Source of the DNA: an uncultured Bacilli bacterium
Lineage (GTDB): Bacteria; Bacillota_I; Bacilli_A; RF39; UBA660
NCBI GenBank assembly: GCA_947629025.1
Contig: CANRCC010000004.1
Span: forward strand, 3,300 to 67,299
Direction: 5' to 3'
Length of the DNA stretch: 64,000 nt
Below the pieces are notes generated by a model that did no database searches, was not told the DNA's origin, and saw nothing but the letters and a program-made list of their open reading frames with translations. This document shows positions 39,021 through 48,371 of this stretch, piece after piece. A program made the position numbers and the translations under genes. Positions within the stretch are counted from its first letter, which is position 1. Each line of letters begins with the position of its first letter.

Positions 39021-40226
39021 TTATTTTAAATTTTTTATTGTATCATCTATCTTTTTAAACATTTTTATTTCTTCTTTTCTCTTACTACTTAACTCTATAT
39101 TATCTTCTATTTCTTTTTCTTGTTTTTTCTTTTCATTGTAATACCATAATGCCATATTAACTCCATCACAAAATTTATATTCTTCTCTAGTTTTAATATT
39201 TCTATTAAGTTCTAATATCTTATCAATATATTGATCTATTCTATCAAAAATTTTATTCTTTTTAATATCGAATAAAGTATTTAATATTCTTGAAAATAGC
39301 ATAGCTTTTTGCATTGCTTCTTCATTTAACATTCTTTTTGTTAAGTTATAATATTCACTTTTATACCATAAATACATATTTGTGCCATCTTCAAATTCAA
39401 AGTCTTCATCCTCTTTTATATTTCTTTTTAATTCTTGTATAACATCAATATATTCTAAAACTCTTTTTTCATATTGACCTACTCTTTTACTTATACTTTC
39501 TTTTGTATTCAATTCATATATAGTATCATCTATTTTTGCCAAAAGCATCATTTCACTAAGTCTTGATGGTTTTGGTTTTTTATTTGTTAACTTATCTTTT
39601 TCTAATTTTAAATTTTGATAAGCATACCAACCTGCCATATCAATCCCATCATTAAATCTATTATTTACTTTCATATTTTGATTTTCATATTTTTGCATTA
39701 ACATATTTATGTATTGATTTACTCTATCATTTAATTTTTCATAGTAAGTTTCATATAAAGCATCATATATTTTTGCTAAATACATTAATTTTATCATTTC
39801 ATCTTCTTTTGGTTTTCTATTTTCTTTTTTTATATTATAGGCTAGTTCATTTTGCTTTGAAATCCAAACATACATATCAGTACCATCACTAAATAATTCA
39901 AAATCTTCTTTTGTAATATTTCTATTTAATAATTTAATTCTTTTAATATACTCATTTGTCTTTTTTCTAAATTCATTTAATTCAGATTTTATAAGTATTT
40001 TATCTACTCTTTTGAAAAAATCTATTGTATCTTGTTGTTTTTTTGTTAATTTTTCTTTTTTTAAATAAATCTTTATTAGATTTCTTTTATGTGATAACCA
40101 GCGATACATACAACTACCATCACTAAATTTTTGATATCCTTTTGCTTTTATTTGGCATCTTGTTTTCATTAATTCTTTAACATATTCTTTTTCTCTAGTG
40201 TAATTAGTATTATTTTCAGTAATCAT
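39021..40226 (-). CDS. HA-like repeat protein, 5 repeats
   Basis: 401 aa with the same repeat architecture (e.g. FSDGTDMYVWISKQ.., FNDGIDMAGWYAYQ.., FEDGTNMYLWYKSE.., FCDGVNMALWYYNE..). It starts 18 nt after the upstream paralogue. Confidence 0.75.
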   Translation of the reverse strand: MITENNTNYTREKEYVKELMKTRCQIKAKGYQKFSDGSCMYRWLSHKRNLIKIYLKKEKLTKKQQDTIDFFKRVDKILIKSELNEFRKKTNEYIKRIKLLNRNITKEDFELFSDGTDMYVWISKQNELAYNIKKENRKPKEDEMIKLMYLAKIYDALYETYYEKLNDRVNQYINMLMQKYENQNMKVNNRFNDGIDMAGWYAYQNLKLEKDKLTNKKPKPSRLSEMMLLAKIDDTIYELNTKESISKRVGQYEKRVLEYIDVIQELKRNIKEDEDFEFEDGTNMYLWYKSEYYNLTKRMLNEEAMQKAMLFSRILNTLFDIKKNKIFDRIDQYIDKILELNRNIKTREEYKFCDGVNMALWYYNEKKKQEKEIEDNIELSSKRKEEIKMFKKIDDTIKNLK

Positions 40227-40244
40227 ATTATCACTTTCTTTCTT

Positions 40245-41297
40245 TTATTTTCTCTTCATTTTTAAATCGTGTAAAGTGTCATCTATTTTAGAAAACATCA
40301 TTATTTCTTCTAATCTTTCTTCACTAGGTATAATATGTTTTTTATATTCATTTCTTAATTTATCTGATTCTTTTTTATACCAATAATAAAAATTAATGTT
40401 ATCACTAAAAGCATACTTTTCACTACAACTTATATTTCTACCTAACTTTTTTACTTTTTTTCTATAACTATTTACTTTTTTTGAATAATCATTAAACTTA
40501 CATTTTTCTAATATTCTATCTATTCTTTTAAATAAATCAATTTCTTGTTTTATTTGTTCATCTAATCCTGTATATTTCCTTAATTTAAGTCTTTCTTCAT
40601 CTAGCCAAACTTTCATTGATGTGCCATCAGTAAACCTAAAATTGTCTTTTTTAGTTATATTTCTTCTTAAAGCTATTATTTTATTAACATATTCTTTCAT
40701 CCTACTATAAAAAATAATTTGCTTTGATGATTTTTTATTTTCAAATAAAGCATCTTCAATTTTAGCAAATAACATTATTTCTTCTAATCTATCATCATCT
40801 ATTTTTATGTTATTTTTTCTTTCTTGTATTATTTTAAATGAATTATTTCCATACCAATTATACATATTAAGTCCATCTTTAAAAGTAAATTTATCAGTTG
40901 GTCTTACATTTCTACCTAACTTTTTTATCATATTTATATATTGATATGCTTTTATTTTAAATACATTATTTAATTCATATAATGTATAATCTATTTTAGA
41001 AAACATCATTATTTCTTCTAATCTTTCTTTAGTTAAAGTTTTATTTTCTTTTACTTCACGCATTATTTTTTTACTTTCATTACAATACCAGTCATACATT
41101 TTAACGTTATCGTTAAATAAGAATTTGTCTTTTTCATTAATATCTCTTTTTATTTTATTTATTTTATTAACATACTCTATTACGCGTTCTTCATATGATA
41201 AAGGTTTTATTTTAATAAGCTCTTTATAATTTTCAGATTTTTTTCTTATTTCTTGTAATTTTTCTATTTGTCTTCTTTGTTTTTCTAAATTTTGCAT
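40245..41297 (-). CDS. HA-like repeat protein, 4 repeats
   Basis: 350 aa. A short N-terminal coiled segment is followed by four repeats (FNDNVKMYDWYCNE.., FKDGLNMYNWYGNN.., FTDGTSMKVWLDEE.., FSDNINFYYWYKKE..). RBS AAAAGGGGGA. Confidence 0.75.
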   Translation of the reverse strand: MQNLEKQRRQIEKLQEIRKKSENYKELIKIKPLSYEERVIEYVNKINKIKRDINEKDKFLFNDNVKMYDWYCNESKKIMREVKENKTLTKERLEEIMMFSKIDYTLYELNNVFKIKAYQYINMIKKLGRNVRPTDKFTFKDGLNMYNWYGNNSFKIIQERKNNIKIDDDRLEEIMLFAKIEDALFENKKSSKQIIFYSRMKEYVNKIIALRRNITKKDNFRFTDGTSMKVWLDEERLKLRKYTGLDEQIKQEIDLFKRIDRILEKCKFNDYSKKVNSYRKKVKKLGRNISCSEKYAFSDNINFYYWYKKESDKLRNEYKKHIIPSEERLEEIMMFSKIDDTLHDLKMKRK

Positions 41298-41380
41298 ATC
41301 AAAAAAAATCCCCCTTTTTTAATGCCTTATATAATATCACAATTTCATTATAAAAGCAAATTTATAAAAGGAGATTTTTA

Positions 41381-43936
41381 TTAATTTAATTTTTCTTTTA
41401 ATAAATTTAAATTTGTTTCTTCATTCTTTAATTTTGTTTTTTCTTCTTCTACTAAATTACTAGGGGCATTTTTAATATATCCCGCATTTGATAATAATTT
41501 TTTTCTTCTTTGAATTGAATTTTCTAGTTTTTCTATTTCTTTTTTAATTTCATTAAGTTTATTTTCTTCATCCTCTTTTGATATTTTATAGTAATATGTT
41601 AATTTACATTCTAAAATATCTGTTTTTGATTCAATTACAAGCTCATTATAACTATTTGTATCTTCTATTTTGTTTTCTATAGTTAGTTTTAATATATTTT
41701 TTATTAAGTTTGATGCATCTTCATTATTACATATAAAATCATATTTATCATCTTTTTTAATATTGTTATCTTTCTTTATAGTTCTTGATTTTGTTATAAA
41801 GTTTCTAATTTCATCCATTAAAGAAAGTGTATCAATGTAATTATTATCTTTATTTTCTTTTGGATAAGTAGATATCATAATGCTTTCTTCTTCTTTTATG
41901 CTTAATTTACTATATATTTCTTCTGTTACAAATGGCATAAATGGATGAAGTAATTTAAGTATATTAGTTAATACATATAAAAGAGTTGATTTAGTTGATA
42001 TATTATCCATATTAAATTTTGAATATTCTATATAAGCATCACAAAAGTCATCCCAAATAAATGAATAAAGAATAGAACCTACATTATTAAATTCATATTT
42101 ATCCATATATTTTCTTGTATCTTTTATTGTAATATTTAATTTAGTTAATATCCATTTATCACTAAATGTTAAATTAGAAAAATCAAATTCTTTTATATTT
42201 TCTGTATTCATTAATACAAATCTAGATGCATTCCATATTTTATTTATAAAATTCCAAGTTGATTTTACTTTTTCTTCATCAAATCTTAAATCTTGTCCTA
42301 GTGCTGTATTAGTTGTTAAGAAGAATCTAAGTGCATCACATCCATATTTATCTATCATATCTATAGGATCAATACCATTACCTAATGATTTACTCATTTT
42401 TCTTCCATCTTTATCTCTAATTAATCCATGAGATAAACAAGTTTTAAATGGTGCTTTGCCTGTAAATTCTAATCCTTGAAATGCCATTCTTGCTATCCAA
42501 AAGAATATTATGTCATATGCAGTTACAAGTACATCTGTTGGATAATATTTTTTATATAAATCTGTATTATCAGGCCATCCTAAAGTACTAAATGGCCAAA
42601 GTGCTGATGAAAACCAAGTATCAAGTACATCATTATCTTGAACCCAACCATCTCCAGGTGATGTTTCTTGTACTTTAATTTCATCATCTTTATACCATGC
42701 AGGAATTCTAATTCCCCACCAAAGTTGTCTTGATATACACCAGTCATGGCAGTCACTCATCCAATTATTTAATATTTTTTCAAATCTTTTTGGAACAAAA
42801 TGAATTTTATTTTTTGTTTTTTGATTATCTAAAACGCCTTTAGCAAGAGGCTCCATTTTAACAAACCATTGTTTTGAAATATATGGTTCTACCATAACTC
42901 CTGTTCTTTCAGAGTGTCCTACACTATGAGTTATTTTTTCAATATTAATTAGTAAATCTTTTTCTTTTAAAAGTTCAACTAATTTTTCTCTTGCAGTAAA
43001 TCTATCTAATCCTTTAAGCATTAGTGCATTTTCATTCATATGCGCTGTTTCATCCATTATAATTATTCTATCTAAATTATGTCTATTACCTACCTCAAAG
43101 TCATTTGGATCATGTGCAGGTGTTATTTTAACTACACCTGTACCTTTTTCCATATCAGCATGCATATCTCCTATTATAGGTATTAATCTATTTACAATAG
43201 GAAGTATTACATTTTTACCAATTAGTTTATTATATCTTTCGTCTTTTGGATTTACAGCAACAGCAGTATCACCAAATAATGTTTCAGGACGAGTTGTTGC
43301 TACATCTAAATAATCATTTGTACCCTCTATAAAGTATTTTAAATGATAAAATGCACCTTCAATATCCTTATATATAACCTCTTCATTAGAAAGAGCAGTT
43401 CTTGCTTCTGGATCCCAGTTAATTATTTTTTCACCCTTATATATAAGTCCATCATTATACATTTTTATAAATGCATAATTTACTGCTTTTGTTGAAACCT
43501 CATCTAGTGTAAATCTTTCTCTTGTATAATCTAAACTTATTCCCATTTTGGCCCACTGACTTCTTATATTTTGTGCATATTTATCTTTCCATTCCCATGC
43601 TTCTTTTAAGAAACCATCTCTACCTAATTCATATTTATTTATTCCCTCTTCTTTTAATTTAGCAACTACTTTTGCTTCTGTTGCAATTGCAGCATGATCT
43701 GTTCCAGGAATCCATAATACGTCAAATCCATCCATTCTTTTATATCTTGAAAGTATATCTTGAATAGTAACATTCCATGCATGACCTAAATGAAGTTTAT
43801 TTGTTACATTTGGTGGTGGCAAAACCATTGAAAATTTTTCTCTATCATCATTTTTTGCTTCAAAATAACCTTTTTTAAGCCAATAATTATATTTACCTTC
43901 TTCTACTTTTTTATGATCATATTTTGTATCTAACAT
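41381..43936 (-). CDS. valS: Valine--tRNA ligase
   Basis: HIGH-type motif (LHLGHAW), KMSKS (RKMSKSLGN) and a C-terminal coiled coil. The true start is ATG 43936 ([10 protein letters not shown]) after RBS GAAAGGAAG. The track's 21-codon N-terminal extension reads through the T-box terminator. Confidence 0.95.
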   Translation of the reverse strand: MLDTKYDHKKVEEGKYNYWLKKGYFEAKNDDREKFSMVLPPPNVTNKLHLGHAWNVTIQDILSRYKRMDGFDVLWIPGTDHAAIATEAKVVAKLKEEGINKYELGRDGFLKEAWEWKDKYAQNIRSQWAKMGISLDYTRERFTLDEVSTKAVNYAFIKMYNDGLIYKGEKIINWDPEARTALSNEEVIYKDIEGAFYHLKYFIEGTNDYLDVATTRPETLFGDTAVAVNPKDERYNKLIGKNVILPIVNRLIPIIGDMHADMEKGTGVVKITPAHDPNDFEVGNRHNLDRIIIMDETAHMNENALMLKGLDRFTAREKLVELLKEKDLLINIEKITHSVGHSERTGVMVEPYISKQWFVKMEPLAKGVLDNQKTKNKIHFVPKRFEKILNNWMSDCHDWCISRQLWWGIRIPAWYKDDEIKVQETSPGDGWVQDNDVLDTWFSSALWPFSTLGWPDNTDLYKKYYPTDVLVTAYDIIFFWIARMAFQGLEFTGKAPFKTCLSHGLIRDKDGRKMSKSLGNGIDPIDMIDKYGCDALRFFLTTNTALGQDLRFDEEKVKSTWNFINKIWNASRFVLMNTENIKEFDFSNLTFSDKWILTKLNITIKDTRKYMDKYEFNNVGSILYSFIWDDFCDAYIEYSKFNMDNISTKSTLLYVLTNILKLLHPFMPFVTEEIYSKLSIKEEESIMISTYPKENKDNNYIDTLSLMDEIRNFITKSRTIKKDNNIKKDDKYDFICNNEDASNLIKNILKLTIENKIEDTNSYNELVIESKTDILECKLTYYYKISKEDEENKLNEIKKEIEKLENSIQRRKKLLSNAGYIKNAPSNLVEEEKTKLKNEETNLNLLKEKLN

Positions 43937-43955
43937 AACTAATCTTCCTTTCAAT

Positions 43956-44158
43956 AAAAAAATTCTATAATCTAAGGACGCATATAAGCGCGGTACCACC
44001 TTAGTTCATAGAATTCTATGCTCTTAAACTCTTAACGCGAGATATACGAATAAGCGATTTTAAGCAACATTCAAATACATATTTTATTAGTTTTCACCAG
44101 CCACTAACTCTCTTTTGAAAATATAATATTTTACTCCTCTTAAAACATTGCTTTTAAC
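43956..44158 (-). promoter_or_regulatory. T-box riboswitch leader of valS
   Basis: On the minus strand: stem I elements AGAGAG..GGTGAAA (rc of 44090-44115), and Val codons GUA (44076-44078) and GUU (44066-44068) in the specifier region. The T-box sequence GGTGGTACCGCG (rc of 43989-44000) overlaps the 5' arm of a terminator (ttctatgaactaagg / ccttagattatagaa, 43963-44013) followed by U7. Confidence 0.85.
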
Positions 44159-44164
44159 AAAATA

Positions 44165-44193
44165 ATTATATATTTATAAATAATCTTTGTCAA
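44165..44193 (-). promoter_or_regulatory. Consensus sigma-A promoter of the valS leader
   Basis: On the minus strand: TTGACA (44188-44193), 17 nt spacer, then TATAAT (44165-44170). Confidence 0.7.
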
Positions 44194-44202
44194 TATTAAT
44201 AA

Positions 44203-46191
44203 TTACTTTTTAGATTTTTCTTTGTTAATTGAATTGATCTGCATTTGCATTTCTTTTAATATATTATTTTTACCATCTACATAATATTCAAAATCTTTAT
44301 CTTTTACTTTTAAAAATCTATCTGTTGTTAATACAAAGTCTAAATCATTGTTTTCATATAAAAATTTATTCTTTTTATCATTTAGATTAACATAATAGAC
44401 CTTTATATTGTTATTTATATATTCATTTATATAAGTATAATATGTATTTTTTTCATTATTATTTTTCTTATATAATAATACATAATATTCACTACTATCT
44501 TGATTATATATATCAGTTGCATTTATCTCAGTAAATAAATCTTTATTAGTTATTTTTGAACCAACAAAACTACTTTTTACTACATTATTATCTTTTATTA
44601 AATTTGGATCATATAAAAATACTATCCAAGATATTAATAAGCAAATAAATATGAAAAATAGAAATACTAATATATAAGAAAACTTAAATATATGTTTTTT
44701 TTCTTTAGTAACTATATTTTCTTGCTTTTCTTTCTTTTGATTTTTATCTTTAGTAGATACTTTTTCTTTCTTTTTCTTTTTATTTTTCTTTTCTTGTTCT
44801 TTTAATAATTTCTCTTCTTGTTTTCTTTTTTCTTCTTGTTCTTTTCTTAGTTTTTCTTCTTTCTTTCTTTTTTCTTCTTTTGACTTAATTATATCATTTT
44901 TAATTTGATCTAATAATTTATTAATTACATCTTCTATATTTTCTTTTTCATCTACTTTTGAATATATTAATCTTTTATGATCAAAGGCAATTAGTGATGG
45001 TGCATCATCATTAATATATCCTCCTGATATTCCTATAAATTCTTTTTTTTCTTCTACAAGTGAATATTTATTTAAACCTGCTTGATTAATTAAATAATTT
45101 GTTACAAAATCTGATGTTCTATTATCATATACATAAGTATAATTAAACTTAAATATATAATATTTATATCCTTCTACTACTCTTTCATCATAGTATTTAT
45201 ATCCTTCTAAATCTTCTTTATATTTTGTTTGCATCATAAAGTTTATATAGAAATCTGATTTTGCGATCATCTTACCAGTCATATATCTTTTTGGTATTAA
45301 ATTTTCCATACCGTATATACTAAGCATATCAAATAACGGATATCTACTAGATTCATCTTTTGCAAGCATATTTAGATTTAATTTTGATATATCCATATCT
45401 TTTCTAATAAAATTTTCTAATATAAATAATGAAAGCTGAGTATCTTTTCTTTTAAATAATTTATTAAGTATTTCTTTTGTTCTTTTATTTGATACATAAC
45501 TTTCTATATTAATAGATATTTCTAAAAAGAATCTAAGATCAAAATATTCTTCTGTTCTTAATGCTTCATCAGTATTTTTAAATTTGAATTGTAAAGCTTT
45601 ATCAAATAATCTAATTATACTATCTTGTATTATTTTTTTATTCTTTTTTAAATCTTCTTCTTTTACTACACCAGCATTTAGATAATCATTAAGTATTATT
45701 AATATATTATTTCTAACATAACTAAATTTTAATGCTTTATATAATTTAGGAAATAATATATCGTATAAATATGGTCTTTCAAATAAATTACTTATTGGTA
45801 TAAAAATACTTTCTTTATAATATTTTAAAACTAAATCTACATATAATTCAAGGGAACTTTTATTATCAATACTTGATAAAAGAAATATAACTCTATTTTG
45901 TGCATCTTCATTTAAGTATTTAAATATCTTTTCAATTGCTACTGAATATTCATCATAGTATTCTTTAAAGCATAATGAAATCAAAGAAGAACTAATTCCT
46001 CCATATCCATCTTCTACTTTATAATCATAGTTTGCTGCTTCAATTAAAAGTAATCCAATATCTTTAGTTATTTGCATTTTTTCTAATTTTTGAAATGCAA
46101 TTGTTTTTTCTCTAATGTCTTTTTTTTGCATTATTTCAATTAAATTAGCAACCTTTTTCAATTTTAAATCTTCTATAAATTCTCTTATCAT
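44203..46191 (-). CDS. Hypothetical tripartite membrane protein
   Basis: ATG 46191 is preferred because GAGGGGA lies upstream. A ~440-aa cytoplasmic domain is followed by a KE-rich low-complexity linker (KEEKRKKEEKLRKEQEEKRKQEEK..), one TM helix and a ~140-aa C-terminal extracytoplasmic domain. No recognised motif. Confidence 0.65.
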   Translation of the reverse strand: MIREFIEDLKLKKVANLIEIMQKKDIREKTIAFQKLEKMQITKDIGLLLIEAANYDYKVEDGYGGISSSLISLCFKEYYDEYSVAIEKIFKYLNEDAQNRVIFLLSSIDNKSSLELYVDLVLKYYKESIFIPISNLFERPYLYDILFPKLYKALKFSYVRNNILIILNDYLNAGVVKEEDLKKNKKIIQDSIIRLFDKALQFKFKNTDEALRTEEYFDLRFFLEISINIESYVSNKRTKEILNKLFKRKDTQLSLFILENFIRKDMDISKLNLNMLAKDESSRYPLFDMLSIYGMENLIPKRYMTGKMIAKSDFYINFMMQTKYKEDLEGYKYYDERVVEGYKYYIFKFNYTYVYDNRTSDFVTNYLINQAGLNKYSLVEEKKEFIGISGGYINDDAPSLIAFDHKRLIYSKVDEKENIEDVINKLLDQIKNDIIKSKEEKRKKEEKLRKEQEEKRKQEEKLLKEQEKKNKKKKKEKVSTKDKNQKKEKQENIVTKEKKHIFKFSYILVFLFFIFICLLISWIVFLYDPNLIKDNNVVKSSFVGSKITNKDLFTEINATDIYNQDSSEYYVLLYKKNNNEKNTYYTYINEYINNNIKVYYVNLNDKKNKFLYENNDLDFVLTTDRFLKVKDKDFEYYVDGKNNILKEMQMQINSINKEKSKK

Positions 46192-46252
46192 AAAATCCCC
46201 TCTTAATACCACTTATTGTATTATAACAAATTAAATTAAAAAAAAGAAGAAA

Positions 46253-46819
46253 TTATTTGAATATTTCATCTAAAATTTTACCTAGTAACTTCTTTATATA
46301 ATATTCTATATTATTGTTTTTATGAGTTGTATAGTATGAATTATCTGTTTTTGAATATATTCCTACCTTATTAAACTTTGCAGTTACCTCATAATCTTTA
46401 AGTAAAGGAGTATATTTATAATCATCATATAAGTAAGCAACTTTAGCTAGTCCATTTTTTACAAGATCTGCTTGAATTAGATTATCATCTATAAATACCC
46501 ATACTAAATGTCTATCATATTTATCTTTTTTATCACTATTATCATCATATTCTATTTGTATTTTTTTAGCAGTCTTTAATTTTTTACAAGTATAATCTGA
46601 TGCTTCTTTACCATAAGGTTCTTCTCCTTTTGTAGGATGTTTAGTCTCTGGTGTATCAACAGCTAAGAATCTTATTTTTATTTTTCTATTATTTAATTTA
46701 ACTTCTGCAGTATCACCATCTATACATTTAGAAAATTTAACATCTATTTTATCTTGTGCACTTACATTATATGGAATAAAAATTAAAAGTAAAAATAAAC
46801 TTATAAAAATCTTTCTCAT
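46253..46819 (-). CDS. Secreted thermonuclease (staphylococcal nuclease family)
   Basis: Signal peptide, then DGDTAEVKLNNRKIKIRFLAVDTPETKHP..EPYGKEASDYT, the SNase active-site pattern. Confidence 0.85.
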   Translation of the reverse strand: MRKIFISLFLLLIFIPYNVSAQDKIDVKFSKCIDGDTAEVKLNNRKIKIRFLAVDTPETKHPTKGEEPYGKEASDYTCKKLKTAKKIQIEYDDNSDKKDKYDRHLVWVFIDDNLIQADLVKNGLAKVAYLYDDYKYTPLLKDYEVTAKFNKVGIYSKTDNSYYTTHKNNNIEYYIKKLLGKILDEIFK

Positions 46820-46821
46820 AT

Positions 46822-47226
46822 CTACTCGCCTTTTTTATACTCAATTGAACTTGCTTTTGATAAATCAATATCAGTAGATACAGATATTTTTGATATTTCA
46901 CCTTTATTTATATTTCCAATAAATCCAGTAAGTGTAGCTAAAACAGTATTTGTTTTATCTTTTAATATAATATTAATTGTTTCAATTGTATTTGAATAAT
47001 CAGCAGTATTTGTTACATCTGCAGTAAATGTTGAAACATTATTTTTATCTATAGTAATTGCTACATTAGTAATAGATAAATTTTCTATTGTTTGATCTTT
47101 TATTACATTTGGATTATTATTTAATCTATTTACATTTGTTTTTTTATCTTTTTTACTAGTTGATATAAATATAACAATTACTAACAATATCAATATACCT
47201 ATAGTTATTAAAATCTTTTTTTTCAT
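46822..47226 (-). CDS. Small membrane-anchored hypothetical protein
   Basis: 134 aa with an N-terminal TM helix and a beta-rich ectodomain. Its stop abuts the nuclease start, so the two look like an operon. Confidence 0.55.
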   Translation of the reverse strand: MKKKILITIGILILLVIVIFISTSKKDKKTNVNRLNNNPNVIKDQTIENLSITNVAITIDKNNVSTFTADVTNTADYSNTIETINIILKDKTNTVLATLTGFIGNINKGEISKISVSTDIDLSKASSIEYKKGE

Positions 47227-47324
47227 ATTACCACCTAATATTATTCTAGCATAAAACCTTTATCAAATAAAGTTTATTATTAGCAATTTTATACATTTTA
47301 CATAAAATATTATAGGTGATTTAT

Positions 47325-47519
47325 ATGATGAATTTCTTTCAAAGACTTTTATTAAATACTAAGAAATTAATTTGTTTTTTATTAGGGGTTGCATTATTTG
47401 TAATATTAACTTATCAAATAATATTACTTTTATTTATAACAACACCTATTAATGCTGTTTTGTTACTTATTATTTTTTTGCTCTTCTGTACTAGTTTCTT
47501 TTTCTTTTTCAAATTTTAA
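47325..47519 (+). CDS. Possible small two-TM membrane protein
   Basis: AGGTGA lies 5 nt before ATG 47325. About 64 aa and very hydrophobic. It is the only plus-strand ORF in a 40-kb minus-strand block and overlaps the 3' end of the convergent gene by 57 nt, so it may be spurious. Confidence 0.3.
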   Translation: MMNFFQRLLLNTKKLICFLLGVALFVILTYQIILLLFITTPINAVLLLIIFLLFCTSFFFFFKF

Positions 47520-48371
47520 TAAATTTTCTGTTTTATAAATTCTATCTAAAAAGCATCTTACATCTTTTACCATATTATATTCATTTATATTAAATTCAAT
47601 TTTTTTAGGTATAGATATAAGTACATATAATAACTTTTTTTCTTCTTCTAAAAGAGGAAATATTCTTTCATATTCTTCTAGTAGTATACTAAAGTCAAAA
47701 TCTAAGCAATATTTTTCATAAAAGTTAACAAAATCATATATTGGAAGATCTATTTTACTATTTTCCCATGATATAAGATAACTAGATTTATTTTTTATTA
47801 AATTATCTAACTTTAAATTATTATGAAGAGTTACTACTCTTTTTCTTTTTTTATCTTTAATAAGTTCATACCAAGATTCAAGTTCATAATTACAATAATT
47901 TATGCATTCAAATATTTTTGATATATTTCTTGCGATTAAATATTCAGATGGGCTCATATATATTTTTGATTCTATTATATTAATTATATCTTCATAATAG
48001 TTTAATATATAATTAATTTTTTCTTTTGTAGTTTCATAAATATTTTTATATTCATCATAATCAATTTCTTTATAATAAGTTGTTTTGCTATGTAATAGCG
48101 CAATTAAATGAATTATATCAAATGCTTTTTGACTATCATCATAAGATATATCATCTAAGTATTCAAACATTATATTATTATTATCTATATCTATTATTTT
48201 TGGAAAATAATCAAAGTTTCTAGATGATAAGTATCTATAAATATCATTACCCTTACTTTCTTTTAAAGCAAATTGACCTAAAGGTGTATCTACTATAGTT
48301 GTTTTTCCTTTTATAGTATATTTATTAACCTTTAGGTCATTTCTTTCAAGTAAAGATTTATATTGTTTCAT
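47463..48371 (-). CDS. CotS/YsxE-like phosphotransferase-fold protein
   Basis: 302 aa. APH/CotS-like catalytic-loop region reads HNNLKLDN, followed by ISWENSKIDLPIYDF. The position immediately downstream of the SpoVID-like gene matches B. subtilis spoVID-ysxE. Confidence 0.55.
   Translation of the reverse strand: MKQYKSLLERNDLKVNKYTIKGKTTIVDTPLGQFALKESKGNDIYRYLSSRNFDYFPKIIDIDNNNIMFEYLDDISYDDSQKAFDIIHLIALLHSKTTYYKEIDYDEYKNIYETTKEKINYILNYYEDIINIIESKIYMSPSEYLIARNISKIFECINYCNYELESWYELIKDKKRKRVVTLHNNLKLDNLIKNKSSYLISWENSKIDLPIYDFVNFYEKYCLDFDFSILLEEYERIFPLLEEEKKLLYVLISIPKKIEFNINEYNMVKDVRCFLDRIYKTENLLKFEKEKETSTEEQKNNK

Noticed and set aside
37454-41297. Regularly spaced identical 36-mers could superficially suggest a CRISPR-like or non-coding repeat array.
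   Set aside because: The repeats are in frame within long ORFs and encode a conserved peptide (RLEEIMMFSKI). Spacing is 200-700 nt rather than 30-40 nt, and no leader or cas genes are present.
43937-43999. N-terminal extension of valS ([21 protein letters not shown]) from GTG 43999.
   Set aside because: It starts inside the T-box consensus and translates the terminator stem and U tract. ATG 43936 has a proper RBS and gives a typical ValRS N-terminus.
44700-44900. Pyrimidine-rich low-complexity DNA (ttcttttc-type runs) that looks like a non-coding simple repeat.
   Set aside because: It is the antisense of an in-frame Lys/Glu-rich linker (KEEKRKKEEKLRKEQEEKRKQEEK..) within the 662-aa ORF.
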